A DNA stretch of 60,552 bases, filler included, from Hausera hauseri (taxonomy: Eukaryota), in the NCBI GenBank assembly GCA_046269625.1. It is 11 parts of 11 records of this genome, joined end to end, with 100 filler letters (N's around TTAATTAATTAA, not from the genome) between each part and the next. Parts side by side here need not be neighbours in the genome. Positions count along the whole stretch, not along the records: positions 35,964 to 40,897 come from JBJURY010387479.1; positions 40,998 to 45,333 come from JBJURY010630219.1; positions 45,434 to 51,254 come from JBJURY010183194.1; 8 more parts are not named here. One strand, 5' to 3'. The notes under the pieces were generated by a model that worked only from the letters and a program-made list of their open reading frames with translations, was not told where the DNA came from and ran no database searches. The translations under genes were made by a program, and so were the position numbers. Below, in pieces: positions 38,250 to 51,354 of this stretch; the stretch's first letter is position 1; each line of letters begins with the position of its first letter.

Positions 38250-39749
38250 TAATGATCAATCTTTTTGACTGGGGAAATTGCAGGTGATTCATTATTTATG
38301 ACGTAAATATTAACAACGAGAAAAGTTGACTCACCAGAGTAACCCGATTCTGAAAGGTTGTTGTATTTTCTGTGCGGTAGACTACTGTACTCTGGTTCGT
38401 GTGCTGTCGCAGTCGGCATTTGCGTTTCGTCGATATTTATCACATTTGACGATTCAGTTTGCAGCAGTTGTGTCGCATTTATTGATTCTTAATCCATACC
38501 TCTCGGTGATTTTATACATCGGTCAAAGAATGCGAGGCAATCGTCCAATTTTGTGGTAAAACTTCTGTCGGGAATAAAATTTCCCCAAATTGGCTTATTG
38601 TTCTGTAATTCTTCAACAATATCGATTGATTTTTGTCCAAGAAATTTTTGTCGCATCAGATGATCATAAATTTTCGATTTTTTTGTTTATATTTTGCAAT
38701 AATGTACTTCTGGAAATCCACTCATAGTAGACTTTTTATTTAACGCAATTCCTCATTTTTTGCAGATAGATTACTTGTTTTATGAATCCATGTTTTATGA
38801 CCGGATATTTTCTGAACCAGTTCTTGATACTGCTTTTCTGTAAACAGAGTCTTGTGAGCTGACAAATTTTTTCTTTCAATTGTTCCATGGCTTTTTTGAG
38901 TTTTGTGTATTTCTGTTCAGCTTGGTCCAGTTGATTTAATTTATCTGCGTGAAATTGAGTCAGAGATTCTAGAAGGGAAACCGCAATAGTTTTCTGTTCT
39001 AGAACGGAAGCCAAAGATTCGAGTAAACGTTTCTTTTCCAACTTTTCTACTACTTCTTCTAAAGGCGATAAGGTTTGTTTTTCTTTGCATTTGGAAAGTA
39101 AATCACAATCCTTTTCTTCTGAAGATATCCATTGAATTTCAGCTTCGCATCTTTCCAAGAAAGTCAGCAATTTCAAAGATTCATTAAGACCGTTATTTCT
39201 CTCTTTTGCAGCAAGTTTGCATTCATCAACAGCTTTCAACAGACTCTTGAACAATCACCAAACCGGCGTCGTGAGGAACAATTGGTAAGTTACTATCCTC
39301 TATGCTCTGTTGGATTTTGTCTCTGTTAACTTTCAATTTATTACCAAGATCAATAAGTCGGTTTTCTTTAATTTGTCTCGCCTTCATTTCGGTCGATATG
39401 CTCTCGAAGTCTTTTAACATTTGTTCGGCAGTTTTAGAATCATTCGGCCAAGGAGATTTTCTAATCTTATCTGCAAGGGATTTTTCCTAATTAATGAATA
39501 TTTCAGTGTCCTTTTGATTTTCTGGAATCGCTGACCCAAATTCAATAAACTGGATCGTTGTTTGGCCAAATTGGACAATTCGGAAAGGTCTCTATCAATT
39601 TCTTTTATTTTGTTTTTAATCAATACACGCCATCCCATTGTTTTCCCTCGTTCATAAAATGCTGAAATCTGCAACATAAACGGCTTTTGTCGGGGACAGG
39701 TCGTCAAAAACGTGGACTGTCTCTGGAAATCTGAGACGTCTGATCACTC
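38250..39749 (-). pseudogene. Spectrin-repeat/plakin-like coiled-coil protein exon, frameshifted
   Basis: Helical heptads, LLTFLERCEAEIQWISSEE, LIDLGNKL. Acceptor-like TTTCCTGTTTCCTCAG upstream. Confidence 0.45.
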
Positions 39750-40745
39750 CTGAGGAAACAGGAAAGGCTAGACTAACCAAACCAGTGCCAGTCTTTTAAC
39801 ATTTTATTCAAATTTACAAGCAAAATGCTGAATTTCTTTGTTGCTGTAAGTAGTTATAAAATACTGTTGCTGTAAAGCAATTAACTCCAATACTAATCAT
39901 CAAAGAAACAATAATAATCTACTTTTATATTCAAATGGGGACTAGAGGCGGATGTCCACTGGATATGTAGTCCCAAAGATAAAGTTCTTCTCATTACATT
40001 ACATTCATTATGAGTGTAATCAAAGGAGTGTTAGTTATGTATATGACAGTTCACTGTTCTTGTACATGACTGTTAAATTATCTCTCAACTACTGAAACTA
40101 AATGCACACAGGGCTTCACAGTAAGAGCTCCTTGCAATCTTGTCAGTTGCCATACACTGTGTAAGATGTGCGTAATCCGAGGCCTAAAGTCAGAGAGTAG
40201 ATAAGATGTGTTATTATATACAATGTGTAAAGAAAGGTTGGCAGATTAGCTGTTTTCTATTTGAGTCAGCATCACACTACTCAAGGGATTCACATTTTTT
40301 TGGGGGGTAACCAACCATTGAAGTATTTTGTAACTAATTGTCATGATAGCTCATTGTGATGTGGATACTTTTTGCTTTTCCTTGAATATGTACCTTCTTT
40401 CTACAGCTCTTCTGACTCACAGCTCCATCATTCTCCTTATATATGCATTCTTCTCTAACACTAAACCCTCTTCTCAGTGCAGTCACTCTGAAATGATGTC
40501 CCACATGTCCATTGTTAATTTGTTCTTTGCATTGGCCTTTTAAGCCAGAATGTCTGCCTTCTCATTTGACAATATATCAGTGATATACTAATATTGTGTG
40601 ATATGCTTCACAATATGTGAATGTCAGGAGTTCAATATTGGAACCAGTGTAATGTCTCTGGGAATTTAAAGGTGTGTCTGGTGCTAGCCAACATCACCAT
40701 TTCAGGCAACTTTTGATTATAAGAAAATAACAGTCAAAGGAAGTA

Positions 40746-40897
40746 CAGTGTTTCCTCACTTATCAGTGGTGTTCCGTTCCAGGCCACCCGCGATAAGTGA
40801 ATTTCCGCGAAGTAGGGACTCTATACTTATTTTAGTAGTTATACATTATTTTAAGTCTTTATAAACCCTCCCCACACTCTTATACATAACCCTTTCC
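40746..40897 (+). mobile_element. Tigger/pogo-type transposon terminal region
   Basis: TA-CAGTGTTTCCTCACTTATC...GTTCCAG..CCCGCGATAAGTGAATTTCCGCGAAGTAG resembles Tigger-like ends. Confidence 0.65.
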
Positions 40898-40997
40898 NNN
40901 NNNNNNNNNNNNNNNNNNNNNNNNNNNNNNNNNNNNNNNNNTTAATTAATTAANNNNNNNNNNNNNNNNNNNNNNNNNNNNNNNNNNNNNNNNNNNN
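40898..40997. other. Artificial contig linker
   Basis: N44-TTAATTAATTAA-N44. Confidence 0.98.
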
Positions 40998-43900
40998 TAA
41001 TACAGCAGACTTGTGGAAAGATAAGAAAATTAGGGCGTTCCTCTGTCATCAATGAATCCGTGGTAGCACTTTTTAAACCACTGACATCCAATTCGAACGG
41101 TGTGGGTACGATTCTCCTGTGGCGCTTGTATTTTTCATACTATCGGCCCAGAAGTGGCATGTCATTTGGCACATTCTGTAAAATGGGCGCCATGTTGGCC
41201 TGTCGAAATTTTAATGCAGCAGATCGTGTTGCTGGCCATACATCCCGTTCGAATATCTTATGGCTACGAGAAATTATTTTTCTAACGTCGTTTCTGTATG
41301 CCTCGTGGCTATAAGAACTTTTCAGTCTATCCATGCGTCCGCCTGTCAGCACATTCCTTAGTTCACTTTTTAATTATTTATGGGCAACCCACAGATCACA
41401 GACAACGAGAAGGTTCGATAGTATTCCTGAAAGTGTAATTATTCCGATACGTTCTAGTTTCACTAGACAATCACCTTCACAATAGCAAGCTCCTGTCCCA
41501 GCTACCTCAAGTTGTCTCTTGAGTGTCGAAATTATTTGCAGTAAATTCACGTTGTATTAATGATCAAACTGAAAACAGGAAAATTATAAAAACATCTAAA
41601 CAATTAATAATAATAATAATAATAATGACCATTAAAATAGGATATCATAAGAAGACATTCATACGACACGACAAATGTACAATTGTCAGAAAATCTATTT
41701 CAATTATTTGATCACAGAAATTCACATGTATGATTGACACACTAAGACGTACTTACATAATATTGACAGTGGCTGAATTCGTGTATATATCAATTTCTGT
41801 TGAAGTTCTGGTTTACTGAAATAAACGCAAAGTCGCAATCGAGCAAATAGTTACATTTGATCCGACAGATTTGTTATATTATACATTGTTATCAAAATTT
41901 CCATCAAATCAGGTGGTGTTTCTTTTAGCAAGGTAAATTTCGCAATGCAAATTTACGACGATGACACTTCGATTTTGACAAAACATCATGACTTTGTGCA
42001 ATATATAATATTCCAAGATTATGTATATCCTCATTAAAATAAAAAGCTATATTTATTAAAATATTCATATTAAAATACAAGCTTATGTTCATCAATTTTC
42101 CATCAAACAAGAATTTTACTGCATTCAACGCAAACTTCTTTAATTCCAGTTAATTTCCCATCAATAACGAATCTACATAGATTTATGTTTAACTTAGTTT
42201 GACAGACATACACATCAATTTTCCCACATTTAGTATTGGATTCTAACAATTATTTTTTGACCCTATCAGTTATTAATTCAAACATGCATACACATTCTTC
42301 ACAGCTCCCATCAGCATTCGAAGACCAGGCCAAACAAGAACAACGAAAATATATATAATTAACGGTACTTTCAACTCTGCTGTGTATCATGTATATGTCC
42401 AACAAGTATCAACGTAATTTTCCATCTGTCGTAGTATTCGTCGGACGGTAAGATCCTATTCGATCAAATTCATTTTGTTTAGTGGTAACGTAATCAGTCT
42501 CAAACAGTTTAATAGATAAATCAAAAAATTTGTTCACGATTAATAGATTCATACTCCATCCATCGAACTACAGAGTCAAATATGTATATTTCAGTCGGAA
42601 CATTTATTATGTCATTATTTAATGAATCTTTTAATTATTCGAAACTCAGTTTTTGAAAATCTTCTTCATTTGAAGTTTGCGAGACGTTCTCCACAAAGAA
42701 GAGTCTATTCTTCGACAAGATTGAGAAATTTATTCGTCTGATTAATTTCCATGAATTCCCACAATTGTTGACTCTGATATTATTTATTAGAAATTTTCCC
42801 CATAGTTGCAACAACAAAATAACATCAATTCGTTTTACAATATCAGTTAATTTTTTCCAACATTATTGCAAGTAATGTTTACTTTGCTAATGTCAAAATA
42901 TCGTAATATAGTTCCTAAATCCTTTGATTGATCATGAACGAAACTCAATTAATAGACTGTAAAAGATCCAAAATTAGATGATTAATATCCATGACGCATC
43001 ACAATTTAAAAGATAATTTAGATTGATATTGTTATGAAACATTTGAGTAAACTTTTCCTTCTGACAAAGCGTTCTGCAGCCACCAACGGACAATAGTAAT
43101 AATAAAAAATAATACTATCTTGATTATAAAATTTTTGAATTTATAATTATTGATTAATCAATAATTATAATTCATTAACTTTTTATGAGAATTTCTTGTT
43201 CATAGGCCGACGCTCGGTTCCCCGCCCGGAGGAAAGAACTCAAAGGAACAAGAAACTGACGATGAAGAACCGATCAATGTATAATCGATATCCCTGCTCT
43301 CCTCAACTACTGATAGAAATTGTGTTGTGCTTACATCATCATTTTCATAATTTCATTATATTCGTCACATTTTATATTTTCATACACATAGACAAACTTC
43401 ATTCCATACAAATTAACATGATAACCATAAAAATTTTATGTGCAATATACATACGATTCCAACCCACATGTGACTATATACAACTGTAACCGCTTTGTCG
43501 TTTCCCATTGGGTGTTGATCGGATTACCAAACAGAGCTGACGGGATAAGACACCCCCTTCCACAGGTGGCGAAGGACCTACACTTTATCCCTACTTACTT
43601 GTCGCACACATTATTGAAATATGAATAATTCGTCATAGCCAAGTTGTACAGATTAGATGAATATTATTCAGTTGTACAACTGATGATATTGCGTAATAAT
43701 AAAAATTCGATGATTTAAATGAAATCATTAAATTGTATAATTTTTTCAAAAGGATATACTTGTTATTGTCGCCATGAATTATGGACGAACATTTCATAAG
43801 GTCATTGCAAATAAATAAATTATAAAGATAATTAAGTAGTAAAACGATTGTGAATTGCATTGTTTATTGATCATCAATAATCATGTGAATACAAATCACG

Positions 43901-44099
43901 AAGGAATAATTAATTTTAATGTTAATCTAATGAAATACTGTTGTTTTAATTCGCTTGTTAATTTAACAATACTATGACGGTGTCACAAATTAAATTTATT
44001 TTAATTAAATAAATAAATATTGATGAATTCATTTTAATCATTAACAATGTTGGACTTTTTCTTATGTCCGATGGGAATTGAGAATTTTTGCTGCATACT

Positions 44100-44400
44100 G
44101 GTTGCCATTTTTACTAGTGACTAACAATATCAAAGTGTCCCTTGACGTTCTAAAGAAATGGTCTGTACAGATGTTTTTTTTTCGTCCACCCTACAGTGTG
44201 ATTAGATAGTACAGTTAGTCGTTCATACTCCTGCTTGATGTTGATCCATAATCTTATTAATGAAGACCAAATTACATTTCCATTTTGATGACACTCTCCA
44301 CCATGGGTAACTATTGGAACAGTATATTTCGGCTGTATCTCTGTACTTTTCTCCATCCATTTACTACTGGTGAATGCCATCGAAAAATTTTTACTGATTT
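44100..44400 (-). mobile_element. Tc1-like transposase fragment
   Basis: PKYTVPIVTHGGE resembles the Tc1 P-T-VKHGGG motif. Otherwise degraded. Confidence 0.45.
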
Positions 44401-44735
44401 ACTTCCCTTGAAATTCTGGTATTCTATAGTATCCTTTAAAAACTACTTGTTTCAATATAAAAATTGCAACCAGGTTCAATTCCAATTTCGCGGGACTAAC
44501 AAACATTTTCTTAAAATTCACTAACACGACCCGTATTATACATACAAATTTTCAAAAACAGTGCACAGAAATCCATATAAAATGGAAATTTGGTGCACAG
44601 TTTCTGAAATTTGGATATTTCGTGACCAAGTGATTTACGAACAAATTTGGTGGTATTTTTGAAACTTGTTCATTTGCGCCCTCCTTGCATTTTTATTCAA
44701 TTATTAGTGTTACAATAAAAAAAACAACGAATCAA

Positions 44736-45180
44736 CTAACTGATATCATCATCCCAAGGTATTATTCCCTGATGTCTGGCAATTCCAGTTAACGTTCCAA
44801 AAAATGCAAAATAAGTTATTTTATGCTTATCCATAAGGTCAATAAAAACTCGAATTAAATCCAACGTCTTCTCCAATTGGTCATTTGATACTCGTTTTCT
44901 AAACGTAGGTAAAATTCGTTTTATTGATGGCTGATGGGTTGTCACTAAATTTCCATAAAAATATTCATCTGAAATCGAACTCTCATTTACCAGATACTGT
45001 CGATGGACTTGACCATTTCTTTTCTGTTCGATTTGGTTTCGTATTTTCTGTAAAGAAATTTCTGACAAATTTCATGAAGGGTATGAAAGACCGACCATGG
45101 AAATTGATCCACAATAAAACAAACAAAGTCGCAATGATCGGAACAATAAAAAATATTCGTTTTATAATCATAATAAACAA
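44736..45180 (-). pseudogene. LicD/fukutin-related phosphotransferase, type II membrane protein 5' part, frameshifted and truncated
   Basis: N-terminal TM helix (IFFIVPIIATLFVLLWINF), then YFAFFGTLTGIARHQGIIPWDDDI, the LicD signature. Confidence 0.8.
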
Positions 45181-45333
45181 ATTGGATTTTCAGACGAAAA
45201 TAATGAACGAAACTTACGACACACAATTTATCAAATCAAAATTTAATTGATCTATTATTCATGTCAAATGTTGTCCATTGTTTTAAATTAGATTTGTGAT
45301 CGCAATTTAGTCATTAACAATACATTAATTGTT

Positions 45334-45433
45334 NNNNNNNNNNNNNNNNNNNNNNNNNNNNNNNNNNNNNNNNNNNNTTAATTAATTAANNNNNNNNNNN
45401 NNNNNNNNNNNNNNNNNNNNNNNNNNNNNNNNN
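45334..45433. other. Artificial contig linker
   Basis: N44-TTAATTAATTAA-N44. Confidence 0.98.
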
Positions 45434-45884
45434 CCTATCTCAGGTGAATTATTGAAGGATTGAACAATATATGGTTTTGAGCATGCCAATCGATGAATGA
45501 ATCGGTCAGTTTGGGTTGATGCCAAACGTGGCCTTCCAGAACGGTTTCTAGAAATGAAATGACGAATATTTACATGGCGTTCAATCGTTCTACGTACTGC
45601 TCTTCTAAAAACATACAAACGAGTTTCGACACTCCGTTGTGAATAACCTTCCTGCATTAATGTAAAAATTTGAGCACTACTTAAATCAGTCGTACTAAAA
45701 TATTCAAAAACACAATGAGCAAATATTACTTATCAAGTAATAACTGATTCAGATGAACAAATTATATTTCAACCATTTGCAAAAGTCGAGTAAATAATTT
45801 GATTACATTTATTCTTTTTAAAAATCACTATCAGTTAAGAAAATTCAATATAGTAGGTGGGCTCAGACTTTTGCAACGGACGGT
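45434..45884 (-). mobile_element. Tc1 element 5' end (TIR and transposase HTH)
   Basis: EGYSQRSV..RNRSGRPR..TDRFIHRL. TIR-like TA-CCGTCCGTTGCAAAAGTCTGAGCCC. Confidence 0.75.
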
Positions 45885-46299
45885 ATATTAATTAATTTCA
45901 ATTCTCTAATGTAATATGTAAACTGAAACGATTTGTACAACTAATTAGTCTTATTGTNNNNNNNNNNTATCAAAATAAAGTATATTTCTGGGAAAATACA
46001 AATCCCATAATAATGAAACACGTTACCAGAAACATAATTCGAAATGAGCACAAAATTTTATCGTTGTGTATACAAATTTTCAACTTTATACCGATACACA
46101 GAGCGGTCACTTTCCTTGTGAGAATTAAAAACAGCCATTTTATCTACATGGAATATAATATAAAGGCCTTTATAATTCTATCCTATCACGTCTTGTGGTG
46201 TTTAGAAAAGGAAGGGCATTTAATATCCAATTAAATGTTTAAACAGCAGAAGAAAAATAAATCACCATTTTTATATCATTCTGTAAAATTTCAGCAAAT

Positions 46300-46720
46300 A
46301 CATGGGGGTATCGCAAAGTTTTAATTATCACTATGAAGAAATTTATCTATTCAGTTATAAATTTATCTTCATAATCATTGACTCCTATGTTAATGATGTT
46401 GTAAATTACAGCTGCTTATGTCAACTCGTTTTGTTTTATAAACTGGTATTTGTCAATAACTCGCCCGATAGATATAATTGAAGCATGCAGTGTTATCAAG
46501 TTTCTCCTTTTGAAAGGTAACAGTGCCCGCCAAATTCATAATGAAATGAAGGCTGTTTATGGTGACGATAGTCCATCATATGACACTATTGTGAAGTGGA
46601 AAAGGAAGTTTCAAACTGATCACATGTCCCTCACAGATGACCCTCGATCTGGGAGACCCTCAATTACGGATAATCTTGACATAATGAAGAAAGTGGAAGT
46701 TCTTACTGTTGTGTATAGTG
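46300..46720 (+). mobile_element. Mariner element 5' fragment (Mos1-type HTH)
   Basis: VIKFLLLKGNSARQIHNEMKAVYGDDSPSYDTIVKWKRKF..DDPRSGRP. Confidence 0.85.
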
Positions 46721-46944
46721 CGTATTGTACACGCTGATGCAGATGAGCTGACTATACTTAAACTTTTCGAAGGTGGCATTCTCTTTCTGTCCTCTGTCAA
46801 AAGTGAATTTAGCCGACCCAGAGATTTCTCAACCTCTTTTGTCACCGCGTCTTCTGCACATTTTTTCACCAATTTCAAGGATTTATTTGCTCCGTGCAAA
46901 CAGAAACCAAGGAAGCCCCGTCAAATCTGAGAAACGGTTCTAAT

Positions 46945-47845
<901 letters not shown>

Positions 47846-47865
47846 AACATTACATACAAGGAACT

Positions 47866-50845
47866 CGGTTACCCCGAAGTTTTCGATCCGCCGCGGCGAT
47901 GTTGAAGTCCCGGTCGCCCACCTTATGCCATTGGGTCAGACGGCACCGTTCGCGAACGCCCCAGTACACGCCCCGGCTACACGATCTTTCCGTATTTCCT
48001 CTTCTTTTTTTAAATAATAAACATATTTGAACAAATGCATTAACACACTTAAACACTGCGGCTATCTACAACATCATCTCCACTTTCTTCGCTCACCTGA
48101 CTTTTACCTCACATATCACGGCTCCACGGTACCTCTCGTTGGGACTCTGCAACCCTCTTCAACTAATATCCACCTCCACATACACTTCCGCTTCCGTGGT
48201 GGCATGAATTCATCGCCCACCATAGACACCACGGACAAAACCTCCACGAAACAAAAATCTGTTATACTACTTCAACAACCCACTCTTGCTTCCACCAATA
48301 ATACTTCACCTACTACCTCTTCCGCTCCTTTCCCTAATTGCACCGAATTCTTCATTGACAACCAAGGCTCCAGCAAAACTTGCTTGCAATTCCATTAACT
48401 GTGGCTACATGCAAACAATATCACCGACCCCTTAGCCAAGGCACACAATCTCCTCTTCTTACTCGCTAACAACATTAAAACATGAATTCACAACATCCTT
48501 AAAATATGTGAACTTCCTGACCCATATTCGCAGCTCTCCAACGCTGTTCTTAAAACTACAGAACCTTCAATGGGCACGATCATACAACGCGTCTTCCACG
48601 ACAATGCTATAGGCACACAACGACCATTAGAATTTTTACGCACGTCTTTGGCACATCTGCACACTCTCGGCGTCATTAAAAAACACAATCCCGAACTACT
48701 GCGTCACTACTTTCTTAACGCGTTATCTATCCAAATCCGGGCCCTACTTACCGTGGTGGAGGACTCCACGGCCCTTGAAAAATTGGCTAAATTAGCCGAC
48801 AAGACACACGATGTTCTATACTTAAAATCTCCACCAGTCGTTTCGGCGGAAGTTGACCTAAAACGATATTCAAACCAATAATATATCAATAGAACAACAA
48901 CTCAACCACTACGTGCTGAAAATATTGCACCACATGCAACATTTAACAATATAAACAACAAATTAAACGAGCTTTCCCTGTCCCGGCGAAGGGATTTTGT
49001 TGCTGACCGCGCGCATTATGCATCTAGAAACCGGTCACCATCGCCTGCGCGGCCATCAATCTGCTATTATCACAGAAGATTCAATAAGAATGCCAAGAAA
49101 TGCTTCATAGGGTGCAAATTTTACAACAAAAATTTTTCTTTAGACATCGTTGCATTTACCACGCAAAGTTTAAAAATCAAACCCGTAAATGCATTCCGGG
49201 CTGCACTTTCAAACCACATACGAACAACGGACGTACTACCTTTTCTTCTAATAATCGTTCTAGTTTACCTTTTCAAAAAAACTAAATTAGCCGCCAGAAG
49301 TCACGGCAAACTTTGGCAAAGACACTGCTTTACTTTATAAATGCCGACACGCCTATTTTTCTGTCTTTACTCTAAAGGCTGCAATCACCGCTCCTACATC
49401 GCAATCCGTTGATTTCTTCATTTATACAGGTGCAGCGATTTCCTTATTACCACAATCTTTTCCTGTACAAAATTCACCATTCAGAATTAAACCCTTATAC
49501 ACCGCTTCAGGTCAACCGCTGCACATTTCTGGCACGGCTAAATTATCCTTTATCTTACCAAAATTTCCTTCACCTTTTTACTGGACGTTTACAGTTGCTA
49601 ACATCCAAACGGCAATTCTAGGGTCCAATTTTCTATCACATTATAATTTGTTGGTTGACTGCAGTCAACGATGTCTGAGAAACGGCATTACTGGCAGCAT
49701 TACTGAGCATGTCAATAGCATTTCGACTGCCTTGCAGTCGATCGAGACACGGAGGTCAATTTTGGGAAAATCAACAAATAATTCGAATTTCCATAACAAT
49801 AATTCAATTCGTATATTTTTAAGTAATAATGTTAATATTTGATCGAGGTTCGATGTTGATAATTGTGGTACTGTCACCAATGTTCATTTACTCTACAAAA
49901 TAACTTTATCCAACACCATTTTTAATTCGATCATCTTACACCAAATACCACTTGACTGCACATTACAAAACAATTCACAGATTGCATCCCGCTACTACTC
50001 AAGCTGTTTCAACATCATCACCGAATCTATCACACTTGCCTACAACTTTGCAGCAATTCGTTACCACATAATGTCCACGCGCACTTAAAAAAGATCGTTC
50101 GTTTACCTCTACAAACAGCACTATACATCACATAATTACATAGCATTAACGACCAATACTCCAAAAAGTACGACCACTGTCACCTCGTAGTAAACATGCT
50201 GTAGAAGCCGAATTTCGTGAACTAGAACGCTCCGGAATTGTACGCCGTTCCAAATCTCCTTGGTCGTCACCTTTACACGGCGAACTAAAAAAGGACGACA
50301 TGCTTAGACCATGCGGTGACTACCGCCAGTTGAACAACTTGACAATCATGGATGCGTACCCCTTACCACTCATCAAGGATATCTTGCATAGCTTTAATTC
50401 AACTACCATTTATTCGACAATAGATTTAGCCAAAGCATACCACCAAACACCGGTGGCACCCGAAGACATAGAAAAAACTGCTGTCACTACTCCTTTTGGC
50501 CTCTACGAGAACCTGTTGATGCCATTCGGTTTGCGCAATGCCGCCCAGACTTTTCAGCGACACATCGACTCAATTCTCTCAGATTTTTCGTTTGCGCACC
50601 CTTACATTGATGATATTCTGATCGTTTCGTCTTCGGCCAAACAAAACGAGGAACACCTACGCGCAACATTCCAACGCCTTCACCACCATAATCTCCAAGT
50701 AAATTTCGATAAATTCCATTTCTTCAAAAAGCGCATCAACTATTAAGCCACGTTATTTCACTAGACGGCCATTCTCCTCAACCAGACCGAGTGAAAGCCC
50801 TTAAAAATATCCAGTTACCACGTACGACCACCGAAGTGAGCAGTT
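47866..50845 (+). mobile_element. Gypsy LTR retrotransposon: ubiquitin-like domain, gag, -1 frameshift, protease, RT; degenerate
   Basis: PBS-like CGGTTACCCCGAAGT; gag homologous to the 36520-37590 copy; two CxxH knuckles; CAA AAA AAC TAA; SPWSSPLH, RPCGDYRQLN, IDLAKAYHQ, MPFGLRNAAQTFQR, YIDD. Confidence 0.9.
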
Positions 50846-51254
50846 TTAAGAGGCTCTTTTGGAATGCCCATTAATTCATTATGATCCATGCACAACACTT
50901 TTGGATCTGACCGTTGTCCAAGAGGTTTCGGAAATTCCTGAAATTCATTTCCACCCAAATCTAGTAGTTCAAGGCATTGAAGTTTAGCAAAGGAATTTGG
51001 AAGACTTTTTAAGCAATTATCTCTCATTTCCAGCTCCTGCAAAACGGAGAAATTTTCAAAATTATTCGGTAATTCAGTCAGCAAAATGTCATTTAAATTA
51101 AGAATCGAAAAATTCCCTAACGAACTGAATCCCTCTGGCAGTCTATTAATTTGACTAGCATCAAGAAAGCATTCTTTGATTGATCTCGCATTTCTCATTA
51201 CTTCATCTGGCACTGATAACAGATTGCAGTGACGCTTATCAATTATTTCCAATT
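50846..51254 (-). pseudogene. scrib: Scribble/LAP-family leucine-rich-repeat N-terminal fragment
   Basis: EIIDKRHCNLLSVPDEVMRNARSIKECFLDA matches the Scribble N-terminus. LEMRDNCLKSLP, LDLGGNEF. Apparent internal deletion. Confidence 0.7.
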
Positions 51255-51354
51255 NNNNNNNNNNNNNNNNNNNNNNNNNNNNNNNNNNNNNNNNNNNNTT
51301 AATTAATTAANNNNNNNNNNNNNNNNNNNNNNNNNNNNNNNNNNNNNNNNNNNN
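51255..51354. other. Artificial contig linker
   Basis: N44-TTAATTAATTAA-N44. Confidence 0.98.

Noticed and set aside
40998-43050. Short minus-strand ORFs suggesting decayed genes
   Set aside because: No family signature recognised.
43197-43610. Possible solo LTR (TG...CA, higher GC)
   Set aside because: No TSD, PBS, PPT or second copy.
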